DNA of 64,000 bases, taken from the NCBI GenBank assembly GCA_002269645.1, contig NIVC01000237.1, positions 248,001 to 312,000 on the forward strand, read 5' to 3'. The notes under the pieces were generated by a model. It searched no databases. It saw only the letters and a program-made list of their open reading frames with translations, and was not told the origin of the DNA. How positions within the stretch are numbered: position 1 is the first letter of the stretch; each line of letters starts with the position of its first letter. Origin of the DNA: Macrostomum lignano (Eukaryota). Both the position numbers and the translations under genes were made by a program. This document shows positions 23,131-35,719 of the stretch, in pieces.

Positions 23131-23997
23131 ATCTGGGGGAAATATTGTGTCCAATTAGTATAAAATTCATTACTAGAGTTTCCTCGTCGCATGCTTGCAT
23201 ATACTGTAGTACTCCGGTATTTTTTAACAACTCGAAAAGCTGCGGTTCGGACTGCGATCGATTTTACTTGGTTAGGGTGGGGGGCTGGGGTTGATGAGGT
23301 CGAGCGAGTCTCCACCGGATTCTGGGGTTCCGGACAGTCGAGGCAGAAAAAGTGAGTGGGTAACTGGGGGGGGGGGGGCGCCGCTGATGCGGACCACTGG
23401 GCGCCGACGGCCGCTGCACAGCTTATGCAGGATGAAGAGAGAGAGCTAGAATTGATGTTGAGCTGGCCAGAGAATCTGGGACTCCAAAAGCCGCTCTGGG
23501 TGCTGGAAGAGCCGCTCTGGCAGTGTGTGTCTGTGTGCTGCATCTCTTCTCTCTCCCCTTCTCTCTGTCCCCCCGGGGCGAGCAGCAGAACCCCTCCCGT
23601 TGCGGGGCGAAGGAAGCGAAAAAGAATGAGAACGCAGCGTTCGCCATCGTGGGATGAGCACCGCTTCCAGCACTCTCTCCCGGCTGTCTCCCCGTCTCTG
23701 CCCCACGGACAGCGCGATGAAGCAAAAGACAAGCCAACAGGGGAGCTGAGCAGATCTGCAAACCCAAAACGCGGACCCCCTACGCGTTTTACCCTTCTGT
23801 GCGGCCGCCTCCGCCTCCGCCTCCTCCAACCCAATATCCCGATATCCCTATACACCCAATCCCCTCTGCCCAGATTCCATGGGCCAACGCAGCAGCATAA
23901 AGAAGGCCCAAGACGGAGGAGAAGCAGGCGCACTCTGTAACCATACTCAGAAAGTTCCGTTCCGCATACAGAGGCTTTTCAATTCAAAGCGAGCTCG

Positions 23998-26900
23998 ATG
24001 CCGCTGCACTTGGCCCCCCTGCTGTGCGCGGCCCTGATCGCCGTTGGCGGCCTTCAAACTGCCGACTCGTCGTCCGGCGACCTGACGCTGGCGCACTGCG
24101 GCCGGGCCTGCCTGATTGGCGGCATCTTCCAGATGAACAGCCAGGAGTCGCCGAGCCACGCCGCGTTTGATTTTGCTTTCGATGAGCTGATGCTGAAGAG
24201 TTGGTTCGACCCGAAGGGGACGCTGCTGTACCGATACGAGAAGGTCGTGGAGTACGTCGAGGATTTGGAGGACTCGTTTCAGATGAGTAGCGCCAGTGAG
24301 TGACCGGCAGGAGCATTCGATGCCGCCTCTGCAGCAACCCCAGTCTCTACCGCCCTCTGCTCCTCATCTGCTGTCTACCTCTCTACCTACTACTGAAGAG
24401 TGGATCAACTTATCCAGCTTCGAATGTCTACCTCTCCATCTACTATTTACTTTTCCATCTACTATCTACTTCTTCATATACTGTCCACCTCTCCATCTAC
24501 TATCTACTTCTCCATCTATTATCCATCTACTATGGATTAATCATAGTAAATGGTTATTGATGGTTAGATTAACGTCTCCATCTACTATCTAACTCTCCAT
24601 CTACTATCCACCTCTCCATCTACTATCTACTTCTCCATCTACTATCCACCTCTCCATCTACTATCCACCTCTCCATCTACTATCCACCTCTCCATCTACT
24701 ATCCACTTCTCCATCTACTATCCACCTCTCCATCTACTATCCACTTCTCCATCTACTATCCACCTCTCCATCTACTATCCACCTCTCCATCTACTATCCA
24801 CCTCTCCATCTACTATCCACTTCTCCATCTACTATCCACCTCTCCATCTACTATCCACCTCTCCATCTACTATCCACCTCTCCATCTACTATCCACTTCT
24901 CCATCTACTATCCACCTCTCCATCTACTATCCACTTCTTCATCTACTATCCACCTCTCCATCTACTATCCACCTCTCCATCTACTATCCACCTCTCCATC
25001 TACTATCCACTTCTCCATCTACTATCCACCTCTCCATCTACTATCCACTTCTTCATCTACTATCCACCTCTCCATCTACTATCCACCTCTCCATCTACTA
25101 TCCACCTCTCCATCTACTATCCACTTCTCCATCTACTATCCACCTCTCCATCTACTATCAACCTCTCCATCTACTATCCACCTCTCCATTTATTATCTAC
25201 TTCACAATCCACTATCTATCCCTCTCTATGATATGACCTTCCTTTGAATACACGAATCAAAATATCCTCTCAATATCTACCTCAACCTATCCTTTCCCCC
25301 ATATTAATTGTGCACGACAATAGCACTTCAGACTCGAGTCCAGGCCAGCAGCAAACCATCGACAAACATGTAGACGCCCAACCCCCACGCCACCCTCAGT
25401 CTGCCGCCTGATCTCGCGTGGTGCCATCGTGATATTCGGGCCGGTGCACTACAAGACGATACCCATGGTGCTGTCAATCACCGACTACTTCGAGGTTGCG
25501 TACATCACCACTAGTTTCGTTGACAAGCTGCCGTCGGATCGAATCCTGCACCGGCGGGCTCTTTTTAACGGCGTCGCCGACCGTCGCCAGCCACAGGGCC
25601 GGTTCATCGTCCGCCTGCGGCCGGTCATCACCCCGGCGGTTGTGGAGCTCATCGACCACGAGAAGTGGGAGCGAATCTTCTTCCTGTACGACTCCAAGTC
25701 CGGTGAGGGAGGGCTCGGTGTCTCTTTGTGGAGATTGCGGAGAGGTTTTTTGGGAGCTAGGAAAAAACAGAGTGACCAGCGAGTGACACAAGCAGACACG
25801 GGAGTGACACAAGCAGAAAGTAGTGACACAGGCAGACACGGGAGTGACACAAGCAGACACGGGAGTGACACAAGCAGATAGTAGTGACACAGGCAGACAC
25901 GGGAGGGACACAAGCAGACACGGGAGTGACACAAGCAGACACGGGAGTGACACAAGCAGACACGAGAGTGACACAAGCAGACACGGGAGTGACACAAGCA
26001 GATAGTAGTGACACAGGCAGACACGGGAGGGACACAAGCAGACACGGGAGTGACACAAGCAGACACGGGAGTGACACAAGCAGACACGAGAGTGACACAA
26101 GCAGACACGGGAGTGACACAAGCAGACACGGGAGTGACACAAGCAGAAAGTAGTGACACAGGCAGACACGGGAGTGACACAAGCAGACACGGGAGTGACA
26201 CAAGCAGACAGTAGTGACACAGGCAGACACGGGAGGGACACAAGCAGACACGGGAGTGACACAAGCAGACACGGGAGGGACACAAGCAGACACGTAAACA
26301 CTGGCAGTAAATGCTCCACTGCCCCAGAACAGCACTGACTCAACCTATCGTCAAACTGCAGCTCTGCTTCGACTGCGCGACATATTCGAACGCTACAAGG
26401 GCAAAGAGTCCACCATCAGCGCCGACATCCGCGACCTGACCGACGGCGGGCCCGGCGCCGCGGCCACCGTGCTGCGGTACATCAATGAGAAATCGATGGA
26501 GACGCTGAAGCGGGTCTTCTTGGACTTGGAAGACCGCTCAGTGCAGCAGCAGATCTTCGATGAGGTGAGCAGTGATTAATCAGTTGGAGCAGCAGGGGTC
26601 AGCAGACTCCGGCCCGAGAAGCCTCTCTATCCGGCCCTCGGGTCCTTTGAAACTGCATGCACAATGGCAAACCGGCCCACTCAAGGCTGTGCCTCTTTCT
26701 GCTCTTTTTCTTCTCTCTTCTCCTCTTACCTTCTATCTTTTTTCTCATCCCATCTCTCGCCTCTCCCCTCTTCTCTCATCTCCCATCTTCTATTCCCTCT
26801 TGTTTCGGCTATGCTCCATTTTCCCCGTTTTCCCCACACCTCATCTAGAAAATATAAAAATATGAATCATATTTATATTATGTATAATCATGCAATCATT

Positions 26901-29900
26901 AATCCCGCAGATAAAGGCCATTCGAGGGAATCGGCTCGATTATCACTATCTCATCATGGGATCCGTGAGTGTCGCTCTCGTTAATTGGGGGGGGGGGAAT
27001 TAATCACGTCACCCAGTTCTGGTATCACCCCTGAAATCCTTCATGGTATCACCCCTGACATCCTTCATGGTATCACCCCTGACATCCTTTATGGTATCAC
27101 CCCTGACATCCTTTATGGTATCGCCCCTGACATCCTTTATGGTATCACCCCTGACATCCTTTATGGTATCACCCCTGACATCCTTTATGGTATCACCCCT
27201 GACATCCTTTATGGTATCACCCCTGACATCCTTTATGGTATCGCCCCTGACATCCAATTTAATGCTTTTGACATCCATGTTGGCGCTCTTTTATGAGGCC
27301 CTATCGTTATTGCTATCAATAAATAACAATTCAATTCAATAACTGTCAAGCTTCCACCCGCAAACAAATCACATTTGAAGGACATCAACGAGGTGAACCA
27401 GACGATGTTCCTTCACGGCGGCGTGAACATCACGGGCTTCACCGTGTTGAACTTCTCCGATCCAACATTCGCCAGCTTCAGAGATGAATTCTGGTTCTCG
27501 GACGCCAGGCTAAGGGCCTACCCGACGGCCCTGGACAAGCTCGACCCCAGCAGCCGCATTGTGCCGGTGAGCACAGAATATTCTTTGCTAGATAAATGTA
27601 GATGATTCTGTGGGGGTGCTTTGGGCAAATCAAGGCAAGCAGACATGTCCATTCTGCTGAGATCTTCGAAATTTGACTGCCAGTGACATTTGACTGTCAG
27701 AGACATTTGACTGTCAGTGACATTTGACTGCCAGTGACATTTGACTGTCAGAGACATTTGACTGTCAGTGACATTTGACTGCCAGTGACATTTGACTGCC
27801 AGTGACATTTGACTGCCAGTGACATTTGACTGCCAGTGACATTTGACTGCCAGTGACATTTGACTGCCAGTGACATTTGACTGCCAGTGACATTTGACTG
27901 CCAGTGACATTTGACTGCCAGTGACATTTGACTGCCAGTGACATTTGACTGCCAGTGACATTTGACTGCCAGTGACATTTGACTGTCAGAGACATTTGAC
28001 TGTCAGTGACATTTGACTGCCAGTGACATTTGACTGTCAGAGACATTTGACTGTCAGTGACATTTGACTGCCAGTGACATTTGACTGCCAGTGACATTTG
28101 ACTGCCAGTGACATTTGACTGCCAGTGACATTTGACTGCCAGTGACATTTGACTGCCAGTGACATTTGACTGCCAGTGACATTTGACTGCCAGTGACATT
28201 TGACTGCCAGTGACATTTGACTGTCAGTGAAATTTGACTGCCAGTGACATTTGACTGTCAGTGACATTTGACTGCCAGTGACATTTGACTGCCAGTGACA
28301 TTTGACTGCCAGTGACATTTGACTGCCAGTGACATTTGACTGCCAGTGACATTTGACTGCCAGTGACATTTGACTGTCAGTGACATTTGACTGCCAGTGA
28401 CATTTGACTGCCAGTGACATTTGACTGTCAGTGAAATTTGACTGCCAGTGACATTTGACTGTCAGTGACATTTGACTGCCAGTGACATTTGACTGCCAGT
28501 GACATTTGACTGCCAGTGACATTTGACTGCCAGTGACATTTGACTGCCAGTGACATTTGACTTCCAATATTTGACCGCCAATATAGCCCTACCCTATAGG
28601 TTTAATGTAAAAAACTTTAACATTAAACCTAAGGGGGCCGTAGCTTAGCGGTCTGGCGCAGCGCTCTGATGTACCAGCAGCCCAGGCTCGATTCCAAGTG
28701 CTGTCACACTAATTTGTGACTTTTGAATCTCGGCTTGGCTCTGCTCGTGCAGTTAAACGCCCTTTGATGACCAACCACCAAGGCACAGTGAAGTGTACAT
28801 GCCTAACGATAAATAAAGTTAGGGCTGCTGTACACTCCTGTGTGAGAGTGTGCCTCTGCGTATGACTGCGTACGTATCCGCGCGCTTGTGTGCCTGCTCA
28901 GGGGAGTCGGCGGAATGGGCAGTAATGCCTCTCGCCGGTTGTGTAACAATGTCACTTAAATAGGAAGCAAAGCAATAAAAGAAGATTAAACCTAACCTAA
29001 TTTCAATCCTTTACCCAAATCATTGGCAGTCACCCCTGAGCACGCAGACCCTTACACTTTCTCATCCTCAGACATACCGCTAAGCTCGTACTCTGACCCC
29101 ATCCCAGTATAGAAAGCACACAATGTACTTTAGCTTGGCTCCGCTCTCCGATTTATCAGCCTGTCTGCTTGCCAGCTTTTCAATTGTCAAATTAATAAAA
29201 ATGCTACGGAAAGTACTTCTATCGCTATTTTTTGTTCTTTGAAACGATTTTTTGGCCTCCTAATACTGGCGTAAATTCATTCCGACTTCGCGTCGCCACC
29301 TCCCAACGAGTAAATGATTTGAAGGCCGCCTTCACGAGCCGACGTTCGTCCCTCCCCCGCAGCTCTCCGTCGCCCTGATGATCGACGGGTTCTCGGCCTT
29401 CTTCAGGGCCCACCAGAAGCTGACGCCTCAAAGACGGAACTCTCGCGACCACAAGGAGGCCTGCATGCCGCCGGAAACCCCGGCCTTCCCGGCCGAGAAT
29501 ATCACCGCCGTGTTTAAGGGCCGCGTTTCCGGATTCCCCGGCGTGACGGGCTGGGTGCAGTTTGACCAGGCCGGCTACAGAGAGAACTACCGCGTCCAGG
29601 GCATTGAGGCCGGCGTGCGTAGCGAACTGCAGCCGGTGAGTTCCCGGTGTCCGGTTCCCGGTGTGTCCAGTTCCCGGTGTGTCCAGTTCCCGGTGTGTCC
29701 AGTTCCCGGTGTGTCCAGTTCCCGGTGTGTCCAGTTCCCGGTGTGTCCAGTTCCCGGTGTGTCCAGTTCCCGGTGTGTCCAGTTCCCGGTGTGTCCGGTT
29801 CCCAGTGTGTCCGGTTCCCGGTGTGTCCGGTTCCTGGTGTGTCCGGTTCCCGGTGTGTCCAGTTCCCGGTGGGTCCGGTTCCCGGTGTGTCCGGCTCCCC

Positions 29901-32900
29901 GTGTGTCCGGTTCCCGGTGTGTCCGGTTCCCGGTGTGTCCGGTTCCAGGTGTGTCCGGTTCCCAGTGTGTCCGGTTCCCGGTGTGTCCAGTTCCCGGTGT
30001 GTCCGGTTCCCGGTGTGTCCGGTTCCCAATGTGTCCGGTTCCTGGTGTGTCCGGTTCCCGGTGTGTCCAGTTCCCGGTGGGTCCGGTTCCCGGTGTGTCC
30101 GGTTCCTGGTGTGTCCGGTTCCCAGTGTGTCCGGTTCCCGGTGTGTCCGGTTCCCGGTGTGTCCGGTTCCTGGTGTGTCCGGTTCCCAGTGTGTCCGGTT
30201 CCCGGTGTGTCCGGTTCCCGGTGTGTCCGGTTCCTGGTGTGTCCGGTTCCCAGTGTGTCCAGTTTCCGGTGTGTCCAGTTCCCGGTGTGTCCGGTTTCCG
30301 GTGTGTCCAGTTCCCGGTGTGTCCAGTTCCCGGTGTGTCCAGTTCCCGGTGTGTCCAGTTCCCAATGTGTCCGGTTCCCGGTGTGTCCGGTTCCCGGTGT
30401 GTCCGGTTCCCGGTGTGTCCGGTTCCCGGTGTGTCCGGTTCCTGGTGTGTCCGGTTCCCAGTGTGTCCAGTTTCCGGTGTGTCCAGTTCCCGGTGTGTCC
30501 GGTTTCCGGTGTGTCCAGTTCCCGGTGTGTCCAGTTCCCGGTGTGTCCAGTTCCCGGTGTGTCCAGTTCCCAATGTGTCCGGTTCCCGGTGTGTCCGGTT
30601 CCCGGTGTGTCCGGTTCCCGGTGTGTCCGGTTCCCGGTGTGTCCGGTTCCTGGTGTGTCCGGTTCCCGGTGTGTCCATTTCCCGGTGTGTCCAGTTCCCG
30701 GTGTGTCCAGTTCCCGGTGTGTCCGGTTCCCAATGTGTCCGGTTCCTGGTGTGTCCGGTTCCCGGTGTGTCCGGTTCCCGGTGTGTCCGGTTCCCGGTGT
30801 GTCCGGTTCCCGGTGTGTCCAGTTCCCGGTGTGTCCGGTTCCCGGTGTGTCCGGTTTCCGGTGTGGATTCGCAAAATCCTCTTTCCCTTGCAGATCAGCA
30901 TCTGGTCGAACGGCCAGTTCCTTCTCACCCGAAACTACTCTAAATCGCGCAAGGGATTTCACCTGCCGTTCAGCAACCGGACCCGCATAGTAACCAGCAT
31001 CCTTGGCGAGCCGTTCCTCATGGTTCGTCAGAACAGTTCTCTGGACGGCACCCCGCTCGTTGGAAACGACAGATTTGTCGGCTTTTGCGCTGATCTCATC
31101 AAGCTGCTGGCCAAGGACATTGGGTTTGATTATGTCATCAAGCCGGTGGCCGACGGCAAATACGGAGACGACAGCGTCAACGACACCTGGAATGGCATGA
31201 TTGGAGAGCTGTACCGATTGGTGAGTCAGAGTGGAGAGGATTGTGGAAGCTTTTTCGGCGAAATACGAGCGGTAGACGTACCCCAACTGGTGTCTCACCC
31301 AGAGCCACGCAACCCCAACTGGTGTCTCACCCAGAGCCACGCAACCCCAACTGGTGTCTCACCCAGAGCCACGCAACCCCAACTGGTGTCTCACCCAGAG
31401 CCACGCAACCCCAACTGGTGTCTCACCCAGAGCCACGCAACCCCAACTGGTGTCTCACCCAGAGCCACGCAACCCCAACTGGTGTCTCACCCAGAGCCAC
31501 GCAACCCCAACTGGTGTCTCACCCAGAGCCACGCAACCCCAACTGGTGTCTCACCCAGAGCCACGCAACCCCAACTGGTGTCTCACCCAGAGCCACGCAA
31601 CCTCAACTGGTGTCTCACCCACAGCCACGCAACCCCAACTGGTGTCTCACCCAGAGCCACGCAATCCCAACTGGTGTCTTACCCAGAGCCATGCAACCCC
31701 AACTGGTGTCTCACCCACAGCCACGCAACCTCAACTGGTGTCTCACCCACAGCTACGCAACCCTAACTGGTGTTCTCACCCACAGCTACGCAACCCCAAC
31801 TGGTGTCTCACAAAAAGCCATGCAACCCCAACTGGTGTCTCACCCAGAGCCACGCAACCCCAACTGGTGTCTCACCCAGAGCCACGCAACCGCAACTGGT
31901 GTCTCACAAAAAGCCACGCAACCCCAACTGGTGTCTCACAAAAAGCCATGCAACCCCAACTGGTGTTCTCACCCACAGCTACGCAACCCTAACTGGTGTT
32001 CTCACCCACAGCTACGCAACCCCAACTGGTGTCTCACAAAAAGCCACGCAACCCCAACCAGTATCTCCATGCACCTGTCAACAGGAGGCCGACATCGCCG
32101 TAGCGCCGCTGACCATCACGTCCAAACGCGAGAAAGTCGTGGACTTCTCCACGCCCTACATGGAGGTGGGGTTGAGCATCATGTTCCTGAAGCCCACCAA
32201 CCCGGAGTCTGACCAGTTCGGCTTCATGAAGCCGCTGTCCAAGGAGATCTGGATGTGCATCGCGTTCGCCTATCTGGGCGTCAGCGTGGTGCTGTTCGTA
32301 GTCAGCCGCTTCAGCCCGTACGAGTGGCACCTCAACCAGGAGTCAGACAAGGCCGACAAGGTCACCAACGATTTCAGCATCTTCAACTCGCTCTGGTTCA
32401 CGCTGAGCGCCTTCATGCAACAGGGCGGCGACATCTCGCCCAGGTGAAACAAATGGTGCTGTGGATGCTGTGGGTGCTGTGGTGAGGCTGTGAGGAGATG
32501 AAGATAATGAGTATGTGAGGAGATGAAGATAATGAGTATGTAAGCAGATGAAGATAGTGAGTCTGTGAGGAGATGAAGATAATGGATCTGTGAGGAGATG
32601 AAGATAATGAGCCTTTGAGAAGATGAAAATAATGAGTCTGTGAGGAGATTAAGATAGTGAGTCTGTGAGGAGATGAAGATAATGGATCTGTGAGGAGATG
32701 AAGATAATGAGTATGTGAGGAGATGAAGATAATGAGTATGTGAGGAGATGAAGATAGTGGGTCTGTGAGGAGATGAAGATAATGAGTCTGTGAGGAGATG
32801 AAGATAATGAGCCTTTGAGAAGATGAAAATAATGAGTCTGTGAGGAGATTAAGATAGTGAGTCTGTGAGGAGATGAAGATAATGAGTCTGTGAGGAGATA

Positions 32901-35719
32901 AAGACAGTGAGTCTGTGAGGAGATGAAGATAGTGAGTCTGTGACGAGATGAAGATAGTGAGGCTGGAACCAGATGCAAACAATTATCTACGAGTAATCTC
33001 CCGCAGGTCTCTATCCGGCCGCATCGTGGGCAGCGTGTGGTGGTTCTTCACCCTCATCATAGTCAGCAGTTACACGGCCAACCTCGCCGCCTTCCTCACC
33101 GTGGAGCGAATGTCCACCCCGATCCAGTCCTACGAGGACCTGGCCAAGCAGACCAAGATCAAGTACGGTGTGGTGAACGCCGGCTCATCCAAGGAGTTCT
33201 TCAGGGTGAGCTCAATTGTTCACCAATTTTGATTGAATGTCATTCACGGTAATCTTTACAAAATCAAATGTTTAACTGGTTCATTCTTTAAACGAGTTTA
33301 TCTACGAGTTTCACGTACATGATTCACACAGTCAGACAAATGCGCATCATTCACGCTCCTCCTATTCATGAACCTCATTCATGAAACTAATTCACGCACC
33401 TCCTTCACACACGGTATTCGTGCAACTTATTTATGGATCTTGCATCCAAACACCTCATTCACACATCTTATTTTCACGCATCTCATTCACTCATCTTAAT
33501 TCACGCACCTCATTCACATTTTTTCATTCATGTAACTCATTCACGCATCTTATTTTCACGCACCTCATTCACACATTCTAATTCCCACACCTAATTCACA
33601 CATCTTACATTCACGCATCTAACATTCACGCGCCTCACTCACGCAGAACTCGAGCGTGCAAGAATTCCGTCGAATGTGGCAGTTCATGGAGGCCAACCCG
33701 AACGTGTTCGTGAACACGGTCAAGGAGGGGGTGGACCGTGTGCTGAACTCCAACAATGACTACGCGTTCCTGCTGGAGAGCACCATGAATGAGTACTATT
33801 CGCAGGAGAACTGCCGCACAATCAAGGTGGGCAGCAACCTTGACAGCGGCCGCGGTTACGGCATAGCAACGCCCAGTGGATCCGACCTGCGAGAGATCAT
33901 CAACCTGAAGGTGCTGCAGTTCAAGGAGAAAGGCGAGATCACTCGGCTGAAATCCACCTGGTGGGATGCCAGCAAATGCCAGGATCAAAATCAGGACTCC
34001 AAGGTGTGCCTTCTGAAAAACCGCGATTTTATTTAACTACTTTGAGTAGTCTGTTCGAAATAGGATTCCTAACTTGGTGGTTAGGGCTTAGAAATGTTTC
34101 GGAAAATCTCCTCCTGATAATGCAAATTCTCCTGCCTGTACCTGTCGTGTCCCTGTCTGTAACTACAGGAGTGTCCCTGTCTGTAACTGTAGTGTCCCTG
34201 TCTGTAACTGTAGTGTCCCTATTTGTAACTGTAGTGTCCCTATTTGTAACTGTAGTGTCCCTGTCTGTAACTGTAGTGTCCCTCTCTAACTACAGGAGTG
34301 TCCCTGTCTGTAACTTTAGTGTCCCTATTTGTAACTGTAGTGTCCCTGTCTTACTACAGGAGTGTCCCTGTCTGTAACTGCAGAAATCTCCCTGTCTGTA
34401 ACTGCAGAAGTGTCCCTGTCTGTAACTGCAGGAATCTCCCTGTCTGTAACTGTAGTGTCCCTGTCTAACTACAGGAGTGACCCTGTCTGTAACTGTAGTG
34501 TCCCTGTCTGTAACTTTAGTGTCCCTATTTGTAACTGTAGTGTCCCTGTCTTACTACAGGAGTGTCCCTGTCTAACTACAGGAGTGTCCCTGTCTGTAAC
34601 TGCAGGAGTGTTCCTGTCTGTAACTGCAGGAGTGTTCCTGTCTGTAACTGCAGGAGTGTCCCTGTCTGTAACTACAGGAGTGTCCCTGTCTGTAACTGCA
34701 GGAGTGTTCCTGTCTGTAACTGCAGGAGTGTTCCTGTCTGTAACTGCAGGAGTGTCCCTGTCTGTAACTACAGGAGTGTCCCTGTCTAACTACAGGAGTG
34801 TCCCTGTCTGTAACTGCAGGAGTGTTCCTGTCTGTAACTGCAGGAGTGTTCCTGTCTGTAACTGCAGGAGTGTCCCTGTCTGTAACTACAGGAGTGTCCC
34901 TGTCTGTAACTACAGGAGTGTCCCTGTCTGTAACTGCAGGAGTGTCCCCTGTCCGTAGCTGAAGTTCATGCTGGTTATGACTCACCCACCATAACCCAAC
35001 CGTAGAGAACCAATTGTGAACTGTTTGCAGAAAAGCTCGGCTCAGTCTCTCGAACTGCGCAGCGTGATCGGTCTGTTCTACATCCTGATTGTCGGCACGG
35101 TGTTCGGCGTTATCCTATCCATCATGGAATTTGTCTACCGATGCGCGCTACTGGCCAAAAGGAAAAAGGTTTGATTGCGTAACCAACAATGAGTTATTCT
35201 CCTTATTGACCCATGGACAACTCTAGTTGTCCATGTATTGACTTTGACCGTAAAAAGTGCCACGAGTACTTTATTTCTGATCATGCATTGCTTCTTCAGT
35301 CCAGTTGATGATAAAAGCCAATTAAATTAAATTAGCACTCCATATTCACTCGAGCTGCTGTCATAGCAGACTGCAGCAACTTAACTAGCAAATTGACTAG
35401 CTTTAGCGGGAATTTTATTGCCTCCCCCTCCCTAAGGTCTTGAGTCACGTGCTGGCGGCGTGTAGGGGGTGTTGCTAGTAAAATTTCTAAAAATAGAAAA
35501 GACCTTGAAACGCAGTAGCCAATGGAATTTGAGGACCAGTTTGTACTCTTATCGAAATTCATTCAATTGGATTTGTCTCATATTTTTCAGCGCAAGTTCA
35601 AGGAGGTGATGAACGAAATGCTGATCCTGTCCACCCGCGGCCGCATCGTGCTGGACTGCTCCACCGAGAATGCCGACCTCATCGACAGCAGCAGCGTCAG
35701 CCGGCGATTTCTCAAGTAA
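23998..35719 (+). CDS. Ionotropic glutamate receptor subunit, AMPA-like, 12 exons, 941 aa
   Basis: Exons 23998-24295, 25400-25702, 26362-26564, 26911-26964, 27381-27566, 29363-29635, 30894-31220, 32085-32443, 33007-33205, 33647-34003, 35031-35168, 35591-35719 join in frame. Signal peptide, ATD, S1 [11 protein letters not shown]2 [12 protein letters not shown]3 [11 protein letters not shown]2 GSSKEFFR and [11 protein letters not shown]4. Confidence 0.93.
24420..25200. repeat. 17-18 bp pyrimidine-rich minisatellite (CCACCTCTCCATCTACTAT), iGluR intron 1
   Basis: Tandem array visible directly. Confidence 0.9.
25780..26295. repeat. 21-bp minisatellite (GACACGGGAGTGACACAAGCA) with periodic variant units, iGluR intron 2
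   Basis: Tandem array visible directly. Confidence 0.9.
27015..27255. repeat. 24-bp minisatellite (ATGGTATCACCCCTGACATCCTTT), iGluR intron 4
   Basis: About 10 copies. Confidence 0.9.
27672..28562. repeat. 17-bp minisatellite (GTGACATTTGACTGCCA), iGluR intron 5
   Basis: About 50 copies. Confidence 0.95.
28633..28984 (+). mobile_element. tRNA-derived SINE, ~352 bp
   Basis: Head GGGGGCCGTAGCTTAGCGG with A box TAGCTTAGCGG and B box GGCTCGATTCC, A-rich 3' end, 11-bp TSD ATTAAACCTAA (28622-28632 and 28985-28995). Confidence 0.8.
29640..30865. repeat. 16-bp minisatellite (GTTCCCGGTGTGTCC[G/A]), iGluR intron 6
   Basis: About 75 copies starting right at the donor site; source of many spurious long ORFs. 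Confidence 0.95.
31281..32060. repeat. 32-bp minisatellite (CCCCAACTGGTGTCTCACCCAGAGCCACGCAA), iGluR intron 7
   Basis: Tandem array visible directly. Confidence 0.95.
32480..32960. repeat. 25-bp minisatellite (GTGAGGAGATGAAGATAATGAGTCT), iGluR intron 8
   Basis: Tandem array visible directly. Confidence 0.9.
34135..34955. repeat. ~24-bp minisatellite (CTGTCTGTAACTGCAGGAGTGTCC), iGluR intron 10
   Basis: Tandem array visible directly. Confidence 0.9.

Noticed and set aside
22346-23940. Several 100-360 aa ORFs upstream of the iGluR ATG
   Set aside because: Overlapping on both strands, low complexity, include the 33-bp array; consistent with promoter and 5' UTR sequence.
28633-28705. Functional tRNA gene
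   Set aside because: B box is imperfect, no clean acceptor stem, and it continues into a body with a TSD, so it is called a SINE head.
29225-32212. Long ORFs of 300-700 aa ([36 protein letters not shown] repeats)
   Set aside because: They are stop-free readings of 16- and 32-bp intronic arrays in several frames on both strands; the flanking iGluR exons join in frame without them.
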